Assembly (NCBI GenBank): GCA_002269645.1
Contig: NIVC01000380.1
Location: 310,001 to 374,000 of the forward strand
Direction of reading: 5' to 3'
Length of the DNA: 64,000 nucleotides
From: Macrostomum lignano
Lineage: Eukaryota
Position numbers and translations under genes: made by a program. The notes below the pieces were generated by a model. The model searched no databases. It was not told the origin of the DNA and saw only the letters and a list, made by a program, of their open reading frames with translations. This document shows positions 35,670 through 51,787 of this stretch, one piece after another (the first letter of the stretch is position 1; every line of letters begins with the position of its first letter).

Positions 35670-38600
35670 ATGGCCCCACCTCCAACAAAACAACCGAAGA
35701 TAGATCGGTTTTTTATCTCGCAACAATTGCTGCACAGGCAGCACAGCCAGAACTCATCTGTATCTACTACAACGTCGACTACAAAAATAATGACTACTGC
35801 TACTGTTTTTGCTATCTCTGGTTTACATGGAGATGGAAATGCAGAGTGCCCAGGCCCGGACTCTGTCCCTGTCGCTGCTCCTGCTTTGGAAGTGTTGCGT
35901 GTGAGTATAAATTCTGTCTCTCCACCTAAGCCGCCACTACCATCCACTGAGATTGCTGCTCCAGATATATATGATGCTGTGCAGCTTCGAATGCAAGGCA
36001 AGCTATTTGCTGAACATTGTCGTTTTTTGTGAAAGAAGTATTGAACGTTTATGAGAGCTACAAGCTTCCTTTCACTGAGGGAAAGAGGCAGAAGTATAGG
36101 CTACACCATCATCATCTCAATGGAGTGAACAGCTGTTTCTACTTTTCACCAAAGCAGCAGGGAGTCTTCTGTCTGCCTTGTGTACTTTTTGCACCCTCAA
36201 CTGGCATTGGTGAGAGAAACAAACAAGAGCTTGAGCTTGGTCAGCTCGTAACAACACCAGCTACCAACTTCAAGAAGATTACCGAGATTTACACTAAGCA
36301 TCGTAATTGTCACTACCACCAGCAGGCATGCGATACATTCCACCAGGTTGAATTGCAAGCAGCCACAAATGCTGCTGATGTGTCAGCGCAAATGAAGACA
36401 TCAGCTAGTGTAGCTCCCTACTGGATAACCAGTATATATTTGAGGCTGTCATCCAGGCAATCGAATACCTTGGGCGCACAAACCAGGGTCTGCGTGGCCA
36501 TTGAGAAGATGCAGGAAGATTAAAGGTTCCTGACGGATGTGAACATGTCAAATACACACAAGGAAATTTGCAAGCTCTACTTCAGAGAGATGCTATCAAA
36601 GATAAAAAGCTAGCAAGTCTCCTGGAGAGTAGACCTCTCACTTATACTCGCCTTTCACCTGGGGAGCACGAGAAATGCCCGCAGACGAATTGCCCGCCGA
36701 GATTTGCCCGCAGGAGATTTGCCCGCCGAGCTTTTCCCGCGGAGATTTGCCCACAGTGCATTTTGCCCGTGAGCGAATTGCCCGTGGAGATTTGCCCGCC
36801 GAGAATTGCCCGCCGAGATTTGCCCACAGTGCAATTTTCCCGCGAGTGAATTGCCCGCGAGCGAATTGCCCGCCGAGTTTTTTCCCGCCGAGATTTGCCC
36901 GCAATCCTTTTTCCTGCAGCGCATTTGGCAGCTAGATTCTGTCCATACATTGCTCCCCCCAAAATATGCATTTGATATGCAGTTACTATCAAAACGTTTT
37001 GATCGTGTAAATCTCTTTATTAAGATTAACACGTACTAAGCATTGGGAAGGCAATGCAGACAAAATCTGCCGCGTGGCCAAATGCGCTGCAGGAAAAAGG
37101 ATTGCGGGCAAATCTCGGCGGGAAAAAACTCGGCGGGAAATTCGCTCGCGGGCAATTCACTCGCGGGAAAATTGCACTGCGGGCAAATCTTGGCGGGCAA
37201 TTCTCGGCGGGCAAATCTCCACGGGCAATTCGCTCACGGGCAAAATGCACTGCGGGCAAATCTCCGCAGGAAAAGCTCGGTGGGCAAATCTCCACGGGCA
37301 AATCTCCTGCGGGCAAATCTTGGCAGGCAATTCGTCTGCGGGCAATTCTTATGGACCCTTTCACCTGCCGTACAAAATACGCTGATAGACTGCATTAACA
37401 CTGTAATGACTCGCGCAGTTGTTCAGCCAATTAAATTGTTCTATGCCATTATTGTCGATGGAACAAGTGATATTGCACGTTCTGAGCAACTCTCAATCAC
37501 AATTCGCTATGTCAACAACGATGAAGATGTTCAAGAGCACTTTGTTGGCTTTGTAGAACTAAAGGAACAAGATGCTCCTGCAATCGTTGATACCATTGAT
37601 GCAAAGCTGGAGCTTTTGCAACTGGACAAGTCACTTCTTGTTGCGCAAGGCTACGACGGTGCTTCGGTTATGAGTGCTGAAGGTGGTGTTCAAGGTCAAA
37701 TTCGAAGAACATGCCCTAATGCTATCTACATCCACTGCTCCAGTCACTGTCTCAACCTGTGTACCAGGGCAACAGTAGACAGCAAGCGAGGCATTCGGGA
37801 ACTGAAGAGTGTCTATGCCACACTTGATGCTGCATCCAAGCACTTCTTGCATTCAGCAGTCAGGACAAAGAAGTTTGCTGAACTTGTTGCAGCTAAGCAG
37901 TGATGCCACAGACAGAGCGCCTCAAGATGCGATTGAAGCCATTCTGCCCAACACGGTTCGTGGACAGTATAGATTGTGTCTCTGACTTCCTGGCTGTCTT
38001 TGATGTGGCTGCAGAGTACTTTTATTCCGCGGACCTGTCTGTGTACAACAACGTCAACTCAGTGACTATCGTTGGCATTCATGTCCTTCAATCACTGCTC
38101 GGTTCAATGAGTGGTCTTTCAGTCGTACTTCAGGCAAGTGCTTCTATCAGATTAATGTGATGATATGCCTGAAACGATGTCAAGTTCATGTCATATTAAT
38201 ATTTATGATTTTTTGTGCATGTGCGGTCGGCTAATCTAATCTCATTTTAAACCTTTTTCATCGAAGGGGAAGGCCATGGACCTCATCGTTGCTAGTGAGG
38301 AGGCTGATCGAGTTCTCCAACTTCTAAGGACTTGGAGAAGTGACAGTTCGAATGCAAAATTCAGAGAGCTGTTTGAAGCTGCCGACAGACTTCACAAGCG
38401 ACATAATGACGATCAGTCAATTCCCAATAAGTACAAAGCACTTCCTTCGCAGCGCAGCCAACATCGCAGCAATTCACATAGTGGTGATACTTTTGAGAAC
38501 TTTAAAGTGAATGTCTGGTATCTTACACTAGATCTCGTAATTTCCGAGCTCAGTGAGCGCTTTTCAAGATCAGCCAAGATTGTCATGAAAATGACCAAGC

Positions 38601-39050
38601 TTTTACCTGCTAACTGTGTCAATGCAGAGGCCACTCTGGCTGCAATGGAGGCATTCAATGAGTACAGCTTCTTTCTGGAGCCAGTCGCAATATGCGCTTA
38701 GCTGAATTTGAATGCTGGCAAGCATTCTGTAGGAGCCTGCCATCAGCTGAGCAAAGTACCATGACCATCTCCAACAGGACCAACATAATCAAGCACTGCA
38801 ATAAGGGTCTTTGGCCAAACATCCATGACCTACTGACGATCTTTCTCACCATCCCAGTGGCAACCTGCACAGCTGAAAGATCATTTAGTATGCTTTGTTT
38901 TTTGAAGACACATACCAGGTCAACCATGGGCAAGAGCCGGCTGAATGGACTTGCAATGCTGTAAGTGCACAAAGACATTCAACTGCCATACAAGCGTGTG
39001 GTTGAGGAATATTCACAGCATTTCGACTTGCGCCTGCGGCTGTTGTAATT
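35670..39050 (+). pseudogene. hAT transposase pseudogene (TTF-type zinc finger, DUF4371, catalytic core, hATC dimerisation domain)
   Basis: VFCLPCVLF, LRGH*E (TGA at 36502), YTRLSP|AVQNTLI, IVDGTSD, QGYDGASVM, HCSSHCLNL, PTRF, IPVATCTAERSFS; has frameshifts, stops and one insertion. Confidence 0.9.
36661..37357. mobile_element. Foldback/MITE-like element, probably MULE-related, inserted in the hAT transposase
   Basis: About 280-bp inverted arms built from gcccgc subrepeats around an AT-rich loop; flanking direct repeat (c)ctttcacct of 8-10 bp, boundary ambiguous; removal restores L-S-P-A-V-Q-N. Confidence 0.85.
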
Positions 39051-39606
39051 GTGAGCTATCTACCTTTATTGTGTCAGACTACCATGAGTCTCCTATTATA
39101 ACTCCTTTGAGTATAGTCACTCATTGTTGTTTTTATTTTGCATATATTGCACTAAAAATATATTGGTTCTGACTATGGAAAGCATAGTGCATGCTAGTGC
39201 ATGCTACGCTCATAGTGCAATTCAAAAACAATTTTCATTTACTAAAGCATTTAGTAGAAAGATTTTTTTTTTTTTTTTCATTAAATTATGAATTTGAATA
39301 TGTATTTTCATAGAATTGGAAACTTGACTAGCCATTCAAAGCTATCAAGCACTTATGTATTTGATTTATAGCACTTAATTTTCCTGTGACCTGCCCATTA
39401 GGCCAGCAAATACAAGTAGCAACAGCTACTCACATCCCTGCATCCCCCATGAGAAATTCCTGGCTATGCCCCTGACTTATATATTACAGAAAAACTTACA
39501 TAGGTCCTAGGGTCTAGTCTATTATATTTTGCACGTATTGTCTATATATGTATATATCCTTTGATATATATGCCTATAATATATATATATAGGCATATAT
39601 GAAGGG

Positions 39607-39671
<65 letters not shown>
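39607..39671. repeat. (TA)n microsatellite
   Basis: Seen directly. Confidence 0.95.
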
Positions 39672-39675
<4 letters not shown>

Positions 39676-41664
39676 ATTAAGAATATATATTCAATTGACA
39701 ATTTTATCTATACCTCTAGTTCCACAACCAATACCAAAAAATAAAGGTAAAAAGTATAGAGGATAATCAAGAAAAAAGTCTAAAACACTAATATAAAATA
39801 GTACAAATTCACATCTAGAAATTATTATGCATTAATAAGCTTACTAAGCCTAAGGTTTAGTTAGTTAGGGTTAGGCCCTATTGTTAGGAAGGTGTCTAGT
39901 ATATGCTAGAATTTTTTGGGCAAAATTTTAAGTAAATATGCCAAATATGCCAAAAATTAGAAATGTTATTGTTACAATAAAGCACTTTTTTCCATTGTTA
40001 CATTAATATTTATATGTATATTATAACAAAAAAGTGTCATGTTTAATACTCCTATATAAAAACTTGCAATTACTTAAAGTTATAATAGGCCTACCTGAAT
40101 TCTCTAAAATAATACTATCATGTTCAATAACTTTTTATTTGCATTTTAATTACCTCTTAACCCTTTGTCTTTTTTGAAATGTTCTATGTTTTATCTTTGT
40201 TACAGAAACTAGAAACTAGATTTCCACTTCTACCTATTTTAAATTTTTTTATATCACTTTTCATATGCCAAATACAACTTCTTTAAGATTCAAGCATACA
40301 AAATATGTAGGGGCCTATACCAATAAGCTATGTCTAGCCTATGAAGGGCTAGGCCTAATGCATGCCAAAAAATGTTAGCATATTACTAACATTACTAGCA
40401 AGACTGCAGCGCTAAAATGAGTGTCTGCAGCACTAAAATGAGTGCCTGCAGCGCAAAAATGAGTGCTTATGCCTTATGGTGCCAAAATTAGTGCTTGCAG
40501 GCTGCAGCACTAAAATGAGTGCCTGCAGCGCAAAAATGAATGCTTGCGGCGCAAAAATGAGTGCCTGTGGCACTTTATAAAATGAGTGCTGACAATATGG
40601 ATTCTGAAAATAATTGGTACATGATAATGTGCATTTTCCATATAAAAAAATCTAACTCAACAGGGGCATGTGCCGCGTGCCCCCCCTTTAAATCCGTCAC
40701 TGAACCTGCTACCTGCCCCCCCCCCCAGTTTTTGAAACGTTCCTACGCCTATGCCTACTTATTGTACATCCGATGTATTGTACATGTATTGTAAATAGCC
40801 TACTAACATACTCTGCTACGAGCGCGTAGCAGAAGTACTATTGCTTTACTGTATGTTGAGTCCTATCGTATTTCAAACGCAAATGCGCTGTTTTTGGTGA
40901 TAGGCTTCGTGCTCGTTGTCGTGGTAGCCGTTAGATTAGCGTAGCCATCCCATTCCTTAATTTACTTATCGAGTTAGTTAATAGTTAGTTAAGATAGTCC
41001 ATCCGCATCCAGTATAAATAATATCAGGAAATAATTCCGCATCCAGGCCTAGTCTTATAGGCTTTAATTATACACAAAGACAAAAAATATACAATTATAC
41101 GAATCAAATAAAGGCAAATTACACCCACTAAAGGTGCATTTGTTTATCAATCATTACAATGAAGTTAATTTAAATTATTCGATTTCAAGGAACTAATATG
41201 ATCGATCGACATTCGACACTGACGGCCGCCCGCACGCGATCATGTTATTGTTATTTTAAACCCTAATTTTAATTGTGTAACTAGTATTTAGGATTTATAA
41301 ATTATTTCAATACTTAACTCATATATATATTTCTTTTAATATTACTTAATATTTTTAATTTGTGATGAATATTAAAGGCTGTTTTCTTTTAAAAACTTCC
41401 TAACATTGTTGTTAAATTGCGTTAGTTACCTGCTTCCGGCAAAAATTAAACTTTACTTTTTATTAATTACGCACTGTTTATATATGTTAGGATGAACATC
41501 AAGTCAAAGATTCTTATAGAACTAAAATGATTGATATCTAAATTTTCTATTAATTTGGTCTTTTATGGGGTGCACATAAATAAAAAATCTTCGATAGAAT
41601 AGAATATAATGACTACCAATCGCGGTGTCACTTTTTCTGCTTTCACTTTAATCTCTGAGTTTGA

Positions 41665-44951
<3,287 letters not shown>

Positions 44952-45665
44952 TTGACTACTGTCTGTGCCGTAGGCTTACATGTAGGTTAGACCAACACAA
45001 AACTAACCTGAATAGAAAGTAACTCACTTCCCAACCTTGAATACCACTGCTGTTCGTTGCAAAAGTCATAAAAATACTGTAAGATGTCGCTTCGCAGTTT
45101 TGTTTAACATGTAGGAGCATCTCTAACGTCTCATTTGGATATGGCGCAAGTCTCGTTTACATATAGCCAAAAGCGATACTGTATGTATGTGGTGCCTATT
45201 AGTTGTGTACCGATCAAGTTTGAGCCGAGACCATCCGCTGGCCGGTCATGCAGATTTTTCTGCAAATTCCCACAGCGACCGTCTATCTTCCCTAAGGAAG
45301 AATATTCTATTAAGCAAAAAAACAAAAAACTTTGTTTAGCCAGTCAAGCGTGGGACAATGTCACAGGGCGCGTCTTCAAGGCCTAGGCGCAAACGTAGGC
45401 CGCAACGCCGGCAGTTTCCGGGGCCAGGGGTGTCGGAACCGGGGGCACATGGGGGGGGGCTGGAGCCCCCGACCCCCCGACTTTTTAGCAATGTTCCTGC
45501 AAGTGCCCTTTTTGAATTTCAAGCAAGTGTCGGCCGGTTTTCGGCTTTGGCTTTTCTGAGTCTTGGAAGCTAACTGCTAAAGGTATACCAGCTGATTTAA
45601 TGTTGTTCTCAATCCCATTCCACTACAGTTTTTAACTAATGCGGCTAAGCCTAGTGCTTTTAGTG

Positions 45666-47073
45666 CAGGGGTCAGCAAACTTTTTACCTCAAGGGCCAGA
45701 TTGAGAACAGCGCAGGACTGCCCTTCTTGGTCCGCTTTGCTGGGCCCCCTAAGAAGACTGCGGGCTATAGGGAGACAGGATAAGGAATAGAGAAGAGAAA
45801 TACGAGCGCAGGAGAAAGGAGAGGCGAAGGATTAAATGAGAAGAGAGTAGACGAGAAGAGAGATAAAATAGGAGAGGAGAGAGGAGAGGGGAGATGAATG
45901 AGGAGAGGAGAGTCGAAATATAAGAGAGAGGAGGGAGAAGAGAATGGAGATGAAACGGGAGATGAGAGGAGAGGAGAGAGGAGAGGAGAGGAGAGGAGAA
46001 GAGAGGAGAGGAGAGGAGAGGAGAGGAGAGGAGAGGAGAGGAGAGGAGAGGAGAGGAGAGGAGAGGAGAGGAGAGGAGAGAGGACAGGACAGGAGAGGAG
46101 AGGAGAGAACAGGACAGGAGAGGAGAGGAGAGGAGAGGACAGGAGAGGAGAGGACAGGAGAGGAGAGGAGAGGAGAGGAGAGAGAGGAGAGGAGAGGAGA
46201 GGAGAGGAGAGGAGAGGAGAGGAGAGGAGAGGAGAGGAGAGGAGAGGAGAGGAGAAGAGAGGAGAGGAGAGGAGAGGAGAGGAGAGGAGAGGAGAGGAGA
46301 GGAGAGGAGAGGAGAGGAGAGGAGAGGAGAGGAGAGGAGAGGAGAGGAGAGGAGAGGACAGGAGAGGAGAGGAGAGGACAGGAGAGGAGAGGAGAGGACA
46401 GGAGAGGAGAGGAGAGGAGAGGAGAGGAGAGGAGAGGAGAGGAGAAGAGAGGAGAGGAGAGGAGAGGAGAGGAGAGGACAGGAGAGGAGAGGAGAGGACA
46501 GGAGAGGAGAGGAGAGGAGAGGAGAGGAGAGGAGAGGAGAGGAGAAGAGAGGAGAGGAGAGGAGAGGAGAGGAGAGGAGAGGAGAGGAGAGGAGAGGAGA
46601 GGAGAGGAGAGGAGAGGAGAGGAGAGGAGAGGAGAGGACAGGAGAGGAGAGGAGAGGAGAGGAGAGGAGAGGAGAGGAGAGGACAGGAGAGGAGAGGAGA
46701 GGAGAGGAGAGGAGAGGAGAGGAGAGGAGAGGAGAGGACAGGAGAGGAGAGGAGAGGACAGGAGAGAACAGGAGAGGAGAGGAGAGGAGAAGAGAGGAGA
46801 GGAGAGGAGAGGAGAGGAGAGGAGAGGAGAGGAGAGGAGAGGAGAGGAGAGGAGAGGACAGGAAAGGACAGGAGAGGACAGGAGAGGAGAGGAGAGGAGA
46901 GGAGTTTATGAGCAGAGAGAGGGGAGGGAAGAGTGCTGAGAAGAGACGCGAACATCGAGCGGGATGGATTGTTGCTATTGATAGCGGAAGATTCAAATTA
47001 AGGACCCAAGTGCCGGATAGAGAGGCTTTGCGGGCCACATTTGGTCTTCAGGCCGGAGTTCGCCAAACCCCTG
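45666..47073. mobile_element. Nested non-autonomous hAT-Charlie-like element
   Basis: Ends CAGGGGTCAGCAAAC and CAGGGGTTTGGCGAAC with subterminal gggcc motifs; TSD ttttagtg/ttttagta (7/8). Confidence 0.8.
45880..46910. repeat. ~1-kb (GGAGA)n microsatellite with GGACA variants
   Basis: Seen directly; source of the SSPLL and ERRGE ORFs. Confidence 0.97.
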
Positions 47074-47524
47074 TTTTAGTATTCAGCCCTTTTACTTTGG
47101 CATCTCTGATCGAAATTCCGAGTCCGCCGCAATCCCAAGACTTAAATAACCGCTGCTGGCGCTTTAAGTCTAGCTTAGAATAAAGAGACAGCGCCAAGAG
47201 GAACTGAGAAGGAGGCAGCCAAGAGATCCAGAAAATTACTGGTCTTGCCCTGGCAATTTTCATTCATTTGAGATATTTACTAAATACATGTAAATTGATA
47301 GTGCACTGCAGTTGCGCAATGTTTGAATTAGTTGAAAATTCGAACATTTTTCAAACTTTTGGCCACTTCCAACACAGAATTGAATATCGGCCTGGTTGTC
47401 ACAATTAATGTCACAAACTGACATAACAGCAGGAGTTTGGGTGCCCTTGGATTGAAAAAAAATCATGTGCAATGTGCGCTCCCACCATAGCCCCCCCACT
47501 TTGAAATATGTTCAGACACCGCTG

Positions 47525-47860
47525 TCCGGGGCCGTCAGCAGCCGCACCTCCTGCACCGGCTGCGGGCAAGTACGACTCGGCTCAGATGAAATGGCCTGCC
47601 AGCTAGAGTCGCCGACGGCGCAACAGTTCGCTGGGACGGTGCGGCGATAGAGTGCCGCATTGGTAACTCGCTCGATAGCCGATCTTGAAGGCGGCACGCA
47701 GCAGGCCAGCGTGCGCCGCATCGACCAGCTGTTCGAGCGATTCCGTCAGCGTCCAGGTCAAGGACCTGAAGTACATGTATAGGATGCTTCTCGTTTGGGG
47801 TTGTCTTGAGGTGGCCTGGCAGGTTTTCAAACCCCACCGCTGCCACCAGTGTTGTACCTG
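47525..47860 (-). mobile_element. Decayed RTE-like LINE fragment (post-RT region), the apparent target of the hAT at 45425-47524
   Basis: TWTLTESLEQLVDAAHAGLLRAAFKI..RPSELLRRRRL and AGH-like remnants typical of the LINE ORF2 C-terminal region. Confidence 0.55.
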
Positions 47861-48629
47861 TGATTCTCAGGTTGTGCTAGCACAGAGCCCTTGGGTTGTC
47901 TCAGGCTCTCTCTTGCCAGGAGCCTACTTATTAGAGGCTCTCAGAACGGAAAGCACCCAGTCAAGCAAATTATGAAATGCCCAGGCGCGGTGAAGGGCGA
48001 TGCAGAAAAGCACAATGGAACGCCTAGAGCTATTTGAAGGGCAAATAGAAGCAGCATTAAGACAATTAATAAACTGTCAAGTCAAATTTGAATGACCGAA
48101 TCTAATAAAGCCTCTTTCCATTCCAGTGAGTAGCAACACCCCACCGCAGGCACAATGGCGCTCAAACCGGCCGGGAGAAGCAAACCGAGGAGAGGCCCGA
48201 ATTAGACAGCAATGACGTCAAAGAGATCAATCGGCCTGTCAGAACCTGGCGAACATTGGAGGAGAATCGCACGGCCCGCCCGCGGACTTCTATCCAACCT
48301 GAAGCTGCTCAAGAAGGCGAGATCAACCCCAAGTAGCTTGACAACCTAGGGGTTTCGGGGTTCGGGGTCGGTTCGGGGTTCGGGTCGGGTTTTGGTACCG
48401 GGTTCGGGATTCGGGGTAGGGTACGTATTCTGGTCGGTATCGGGTTCGGGGTTAGGTGTTCGGGTTCGGGTTTTCGGGTGGGGTTTAGGGTCGGGTTTTC
48501 GGGGTTTTCGGGTTCAAATTAGAAAAAAACTTAAGCTATTTTTAAAAAAAGTTCATAATTTTCTTCTAATCTCGTAATGTAACGATTTTAAGTATAAAAA
48601 GGGGAATATTTAAACTTCGAAAACAGAAA

Positions 48630-48670
48630 TAACTAGCAATCTAGTGCGGCCCCCCTTCGGGGCGCCCAAT
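48630..48670 (-). mobile_element. Possible Helitron 3' end (GC hairpin followed by CTAG)
   Basis: Minus strand reads GGGCGCCCCGAAGGGGGGCCGCACTAGATTGCTAGT. Confidence 0.35.
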
Positions 48671-49304
48671 AAGAAAGGAGCAAAAATAGTTCATGGAAAA
48701 CAATAAAAAACACATTTTCTTAAACACTAATTCCTTCTTCACATTTTAAAAATCACCTTATTCGTGTAAAATTGTCACGGACTAAGATGTTTGCAAAATT
48801 AAAAAATCACTTTTTCTCTAAAATTAACAAACAGTCAACAAAATATCGTTTCACTAAATAGAAAATATTCCCAAGACAGCAAGCAACCCCCTCCAAAAGT
48901 GAACAATCGCAGATAGCAAGCATCCTCTAATGCTCATAGCAAGAATCACCACAGATAGCAAGCATCTGCAGATTAGCAAGCACCCCCCAGATATTATAGA
49001 AGCATCCACCCAGATAGCAAGCATCCTGCAGATAGCAAGAATCCCTAAATAGCAAGCATCCTGCAGATAGCAAGAATCCCTGAATAGCAAGCATCCCTGG
49101 ATAGAAAGAATCCCATGCATGTAGCCAGTACCCCCTCTCCCAAATAGCAAGTATCCCCCCTCGAGAGCAAGCATCCACGAGACAGCAAGTAGCTAGTGCA
49201 AATGTTACTTCCGCTAATGCAATAATCGCTTTCTCAGGTTGTGCAACAATCCACGTCTCAGCGAGCGCAATAATCTCTTTTTTAGACAGCGCAGTAATCA
49301 GCTT

Positions 49305-51718
49305 CTCAGCTAGTGCAATAATCCTTGGTTTATTAATAGCAATAATCCTTGATTAATCAAGTGCAATAATCCTTGGTTTATCAAGTGCAATAATCCTTGG
49401 TTTATCAAGTGCAGTAATCTTTGGCTTATCAAGTGCAATAATCCTTGGTTTATCAAGTGCAATAATCCTTTGTTTATCAAGTGCAATAATCCTTGGTTTA
49501 TCAAGTGCAATAATCCTTGGTTTATTAAGTGCAATAATCCTTGGTTTATCAAGTGCAATAATCCTTGGTTTATCTAGCGCAGTAATCCTTGGCTTATCAG
49601 GTGCAAAAATCCTTGGTTTATCAAGTGCAATATTTGTTTATCAAGTGCAATAATCCTTGGTTTATCAAGTGAAATAATCCTTGGTTTATCAAATGCAATA
49701 ATCCTTGGCTTATCAACTGCAATAATCCTTGGTTTATCAAGTGCAATAGTCCTTGGTTTATCAAGCGCAGTAATCCTTGGCCTATCAAGTGCAATAATCC
49801 TTGGCTTATCAAGTGCAATAATCCTTGGTTTATCAAGTGCAATAGTCCTTGGTTTATCAAGCGCAGTAATCCTTGGCCTATCAAGTGCAATAATCCTTGG
49901 CTTATCAAGTGCAATAATCCTTGGTTTATCAAGTGCAATAATCCTTGGTTTATCAAGTGCAGTAATCCTTGGCCTATCAAGTGCAATAATCCTTGGTTTG
50001 CCAAGAGCAATAATCCTTAGTTTATCGAGTGCAGTAATCCTTAGTTTTCCAAGTGCAGTAATCCTTGGTTTATTAAGAGCAATAATCCTTGGCTTATCGA
50101 GTGCAGTAATCCTTGGTTTGCCAAGAGCAATAATCCTTGGTTTATCAAGTGCAATAATCCTTGGTTTATCAAGTGCAATAATCCTTGGTTTATCAAGTGC
50201 AATAATCCTTGGTTTATCAGATGCAATAATCCTTGGCTTATCAACTGCAATAATCCTTGGTTTATCAGATGCAATAATCCTTGGCTTATCAACTGCAATA
50301 ATCCTTGGTTTATCAAGTGCAATAATCCTTGGTTTATCAAGCGCAGTAATCTTTGGCCTATCAAGTGCAATAATCCTTGGTTTATCAAGTGCAATAATCC
50401 TTGGTTTATCAAGTGCAATAATCTTTGGTTTATCAGATGCAATAATCCTTGGCTTATCAACTGCAATAATCCTTGGTTTATCAAGTGCAATAATCCTTGG
50501 CTTATCAAGTGCAATAATCCTTGTTTTATCAAGCGCAGTAATCTTTGGCCTATCAAGTGCAATAATCCTTGGTTTATCAAGTGCAGTAATCCTTGGCCTA
50601 TCAAGTGCAATAATCCTTGGTTTATCAAGTGCAATAGTCTTTGGTTTATCGAGTGCAGTAATCCTTAGTTTTCCAAGTGCAGTAATCCTTGGTTTATTAA
50701 GAGCAATAATCCTTGGTTTATCGAGTGCAGTAGTCCTTGGTTTATTAATATCAATAATCCTTGAATAATCCAGTGCATTAATCCTTGGCTTATCAAGTGC
50801 AACATTCTTTACTATCAAGTGCAATAATCCATGGCTTATCAAGTGCAATAATCCTTGGCTTATCAAGTGCAATAATCCTTGGTTTATCAAGTGCAATAAT
50901 CCTTTGTTTATCAAGTGCAATAATCCTTTGTTTATCAAGTGCAATAATCCTTTGTTTATCAAGTGCAATAATCCTTTGTTTATCAAGTGCGATAATCCTT
51001 GGTTTATCAAGCGCAATAATCCTTGGTTTATCAAGTGCGATAATCCTTGGTTTATCAAGCGCGATAATCCTTGGTTTATCAAGTGCGATAATCCTTGGTT
51101 TATCAAGCGCAGTAATCCTTGGCTTATCAAGTGCAATAATCCTTGGTTTATCAAGTGCAATAATCCTTGGTTTATCAAGCGCAGTAATCTTTGGCCTATC
51201 AAGTGCAATAGTCCTTGGTTTATCGAGTGCAGTAATTCTTGGTTTTCCAAGTGCAATAATCCTTGGCTTCTTGAGTGCAGTAATCCTTGGTTTGCCAAGA
51301 GCAATAGTCCTTGGTTTATCGAGTGCAGTAATCCTTGGTTTTCCAAGTGCAGTAATCCTTGGTTTATTAATAGCAATAATCCTTGGCTTCTTGAGTGCAG
51401 TAATCCTTGGTTTGCCAAGAGCAATAGTCCTTGGTTTATCGAGTGCATTAATCCTTGGTTTTCCAAGTGCAATAATTCTTGGCTTCTTGAGTGCAGTAAT
51501 CCTTGGTTTGCCAAGAGCAATAGTCCTTGGTTTATCGAGTGCAGTAATCCTTGGTTTTCCAAGTGCCGTAATCCTTGGTTTATTAATAGCAATAATCCTT
51601 GATTAATCAAGTGCAGTAATCTTTGGTTTGCCAAGAGCAATAGTCCTTGGTTTATCGAGTGCAGTAGTCCTTGGTTTATTAATAGCAATAATCCTTGGCT
51701 TATCGAGTGCAGTAATCT
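49305..51718. repeat. 24-bp satellite (aagtgcaataatccttggtttatc), about 100 copies, with higher-order blocks
   Basis: Tandem units; a variant block recurs at a 120-bp period (tttgccaaga at 51291 and 51411). Confidence 0.96.
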
Positions 51719-51787
51719 AAGTGTTTTTATTTAGTCCTTTAATAAAACCTTTTAATAAAAAATTTTACACTACTACTTTTAAACTAC

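Larger units (their letters stand above)
35143..39474 (+). mobile_element. hAT DNA transposon (ZMYM1/Tip100-type transposase), decayed, 4332 bp
   Basis: TIRs CAGTGGCGTAGGCAAG and CAGGGGCATAGCCAGG; 8-bp TSD acctatat/acttatat (7/8); internal transposase relic. Confidence 0.88.
45425..47524. mobile_element. Non-autonomous hAT element
   Basis: TIRs CAGGGGTGTCGGAAC and CAGCGGTGTCTGAAC; perfect 8-bp TSD tccggggc at 45417-24 and 47525-32. Confidence 0.9.

Noticed and set aside
34943-40761. Outer hAT bounded by catactta and cctactta
   Set aside because: The putative left end matches the right TIR for only 5 nt; likely chance.
45749-47038. 330-430-aa SSPLL and ERRGE ORFs
   Set aside because: Translations of (GGAGA)n.
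49574-51688. 704-aa Leu-rich ORF (LLHLINQG) and overlapping 200-270-aa ORFs, superficially LRR-like
   Set aside because: These are translations of a 24-bp satellite that is open in several frames on both strands, with no unique domain or gene context.
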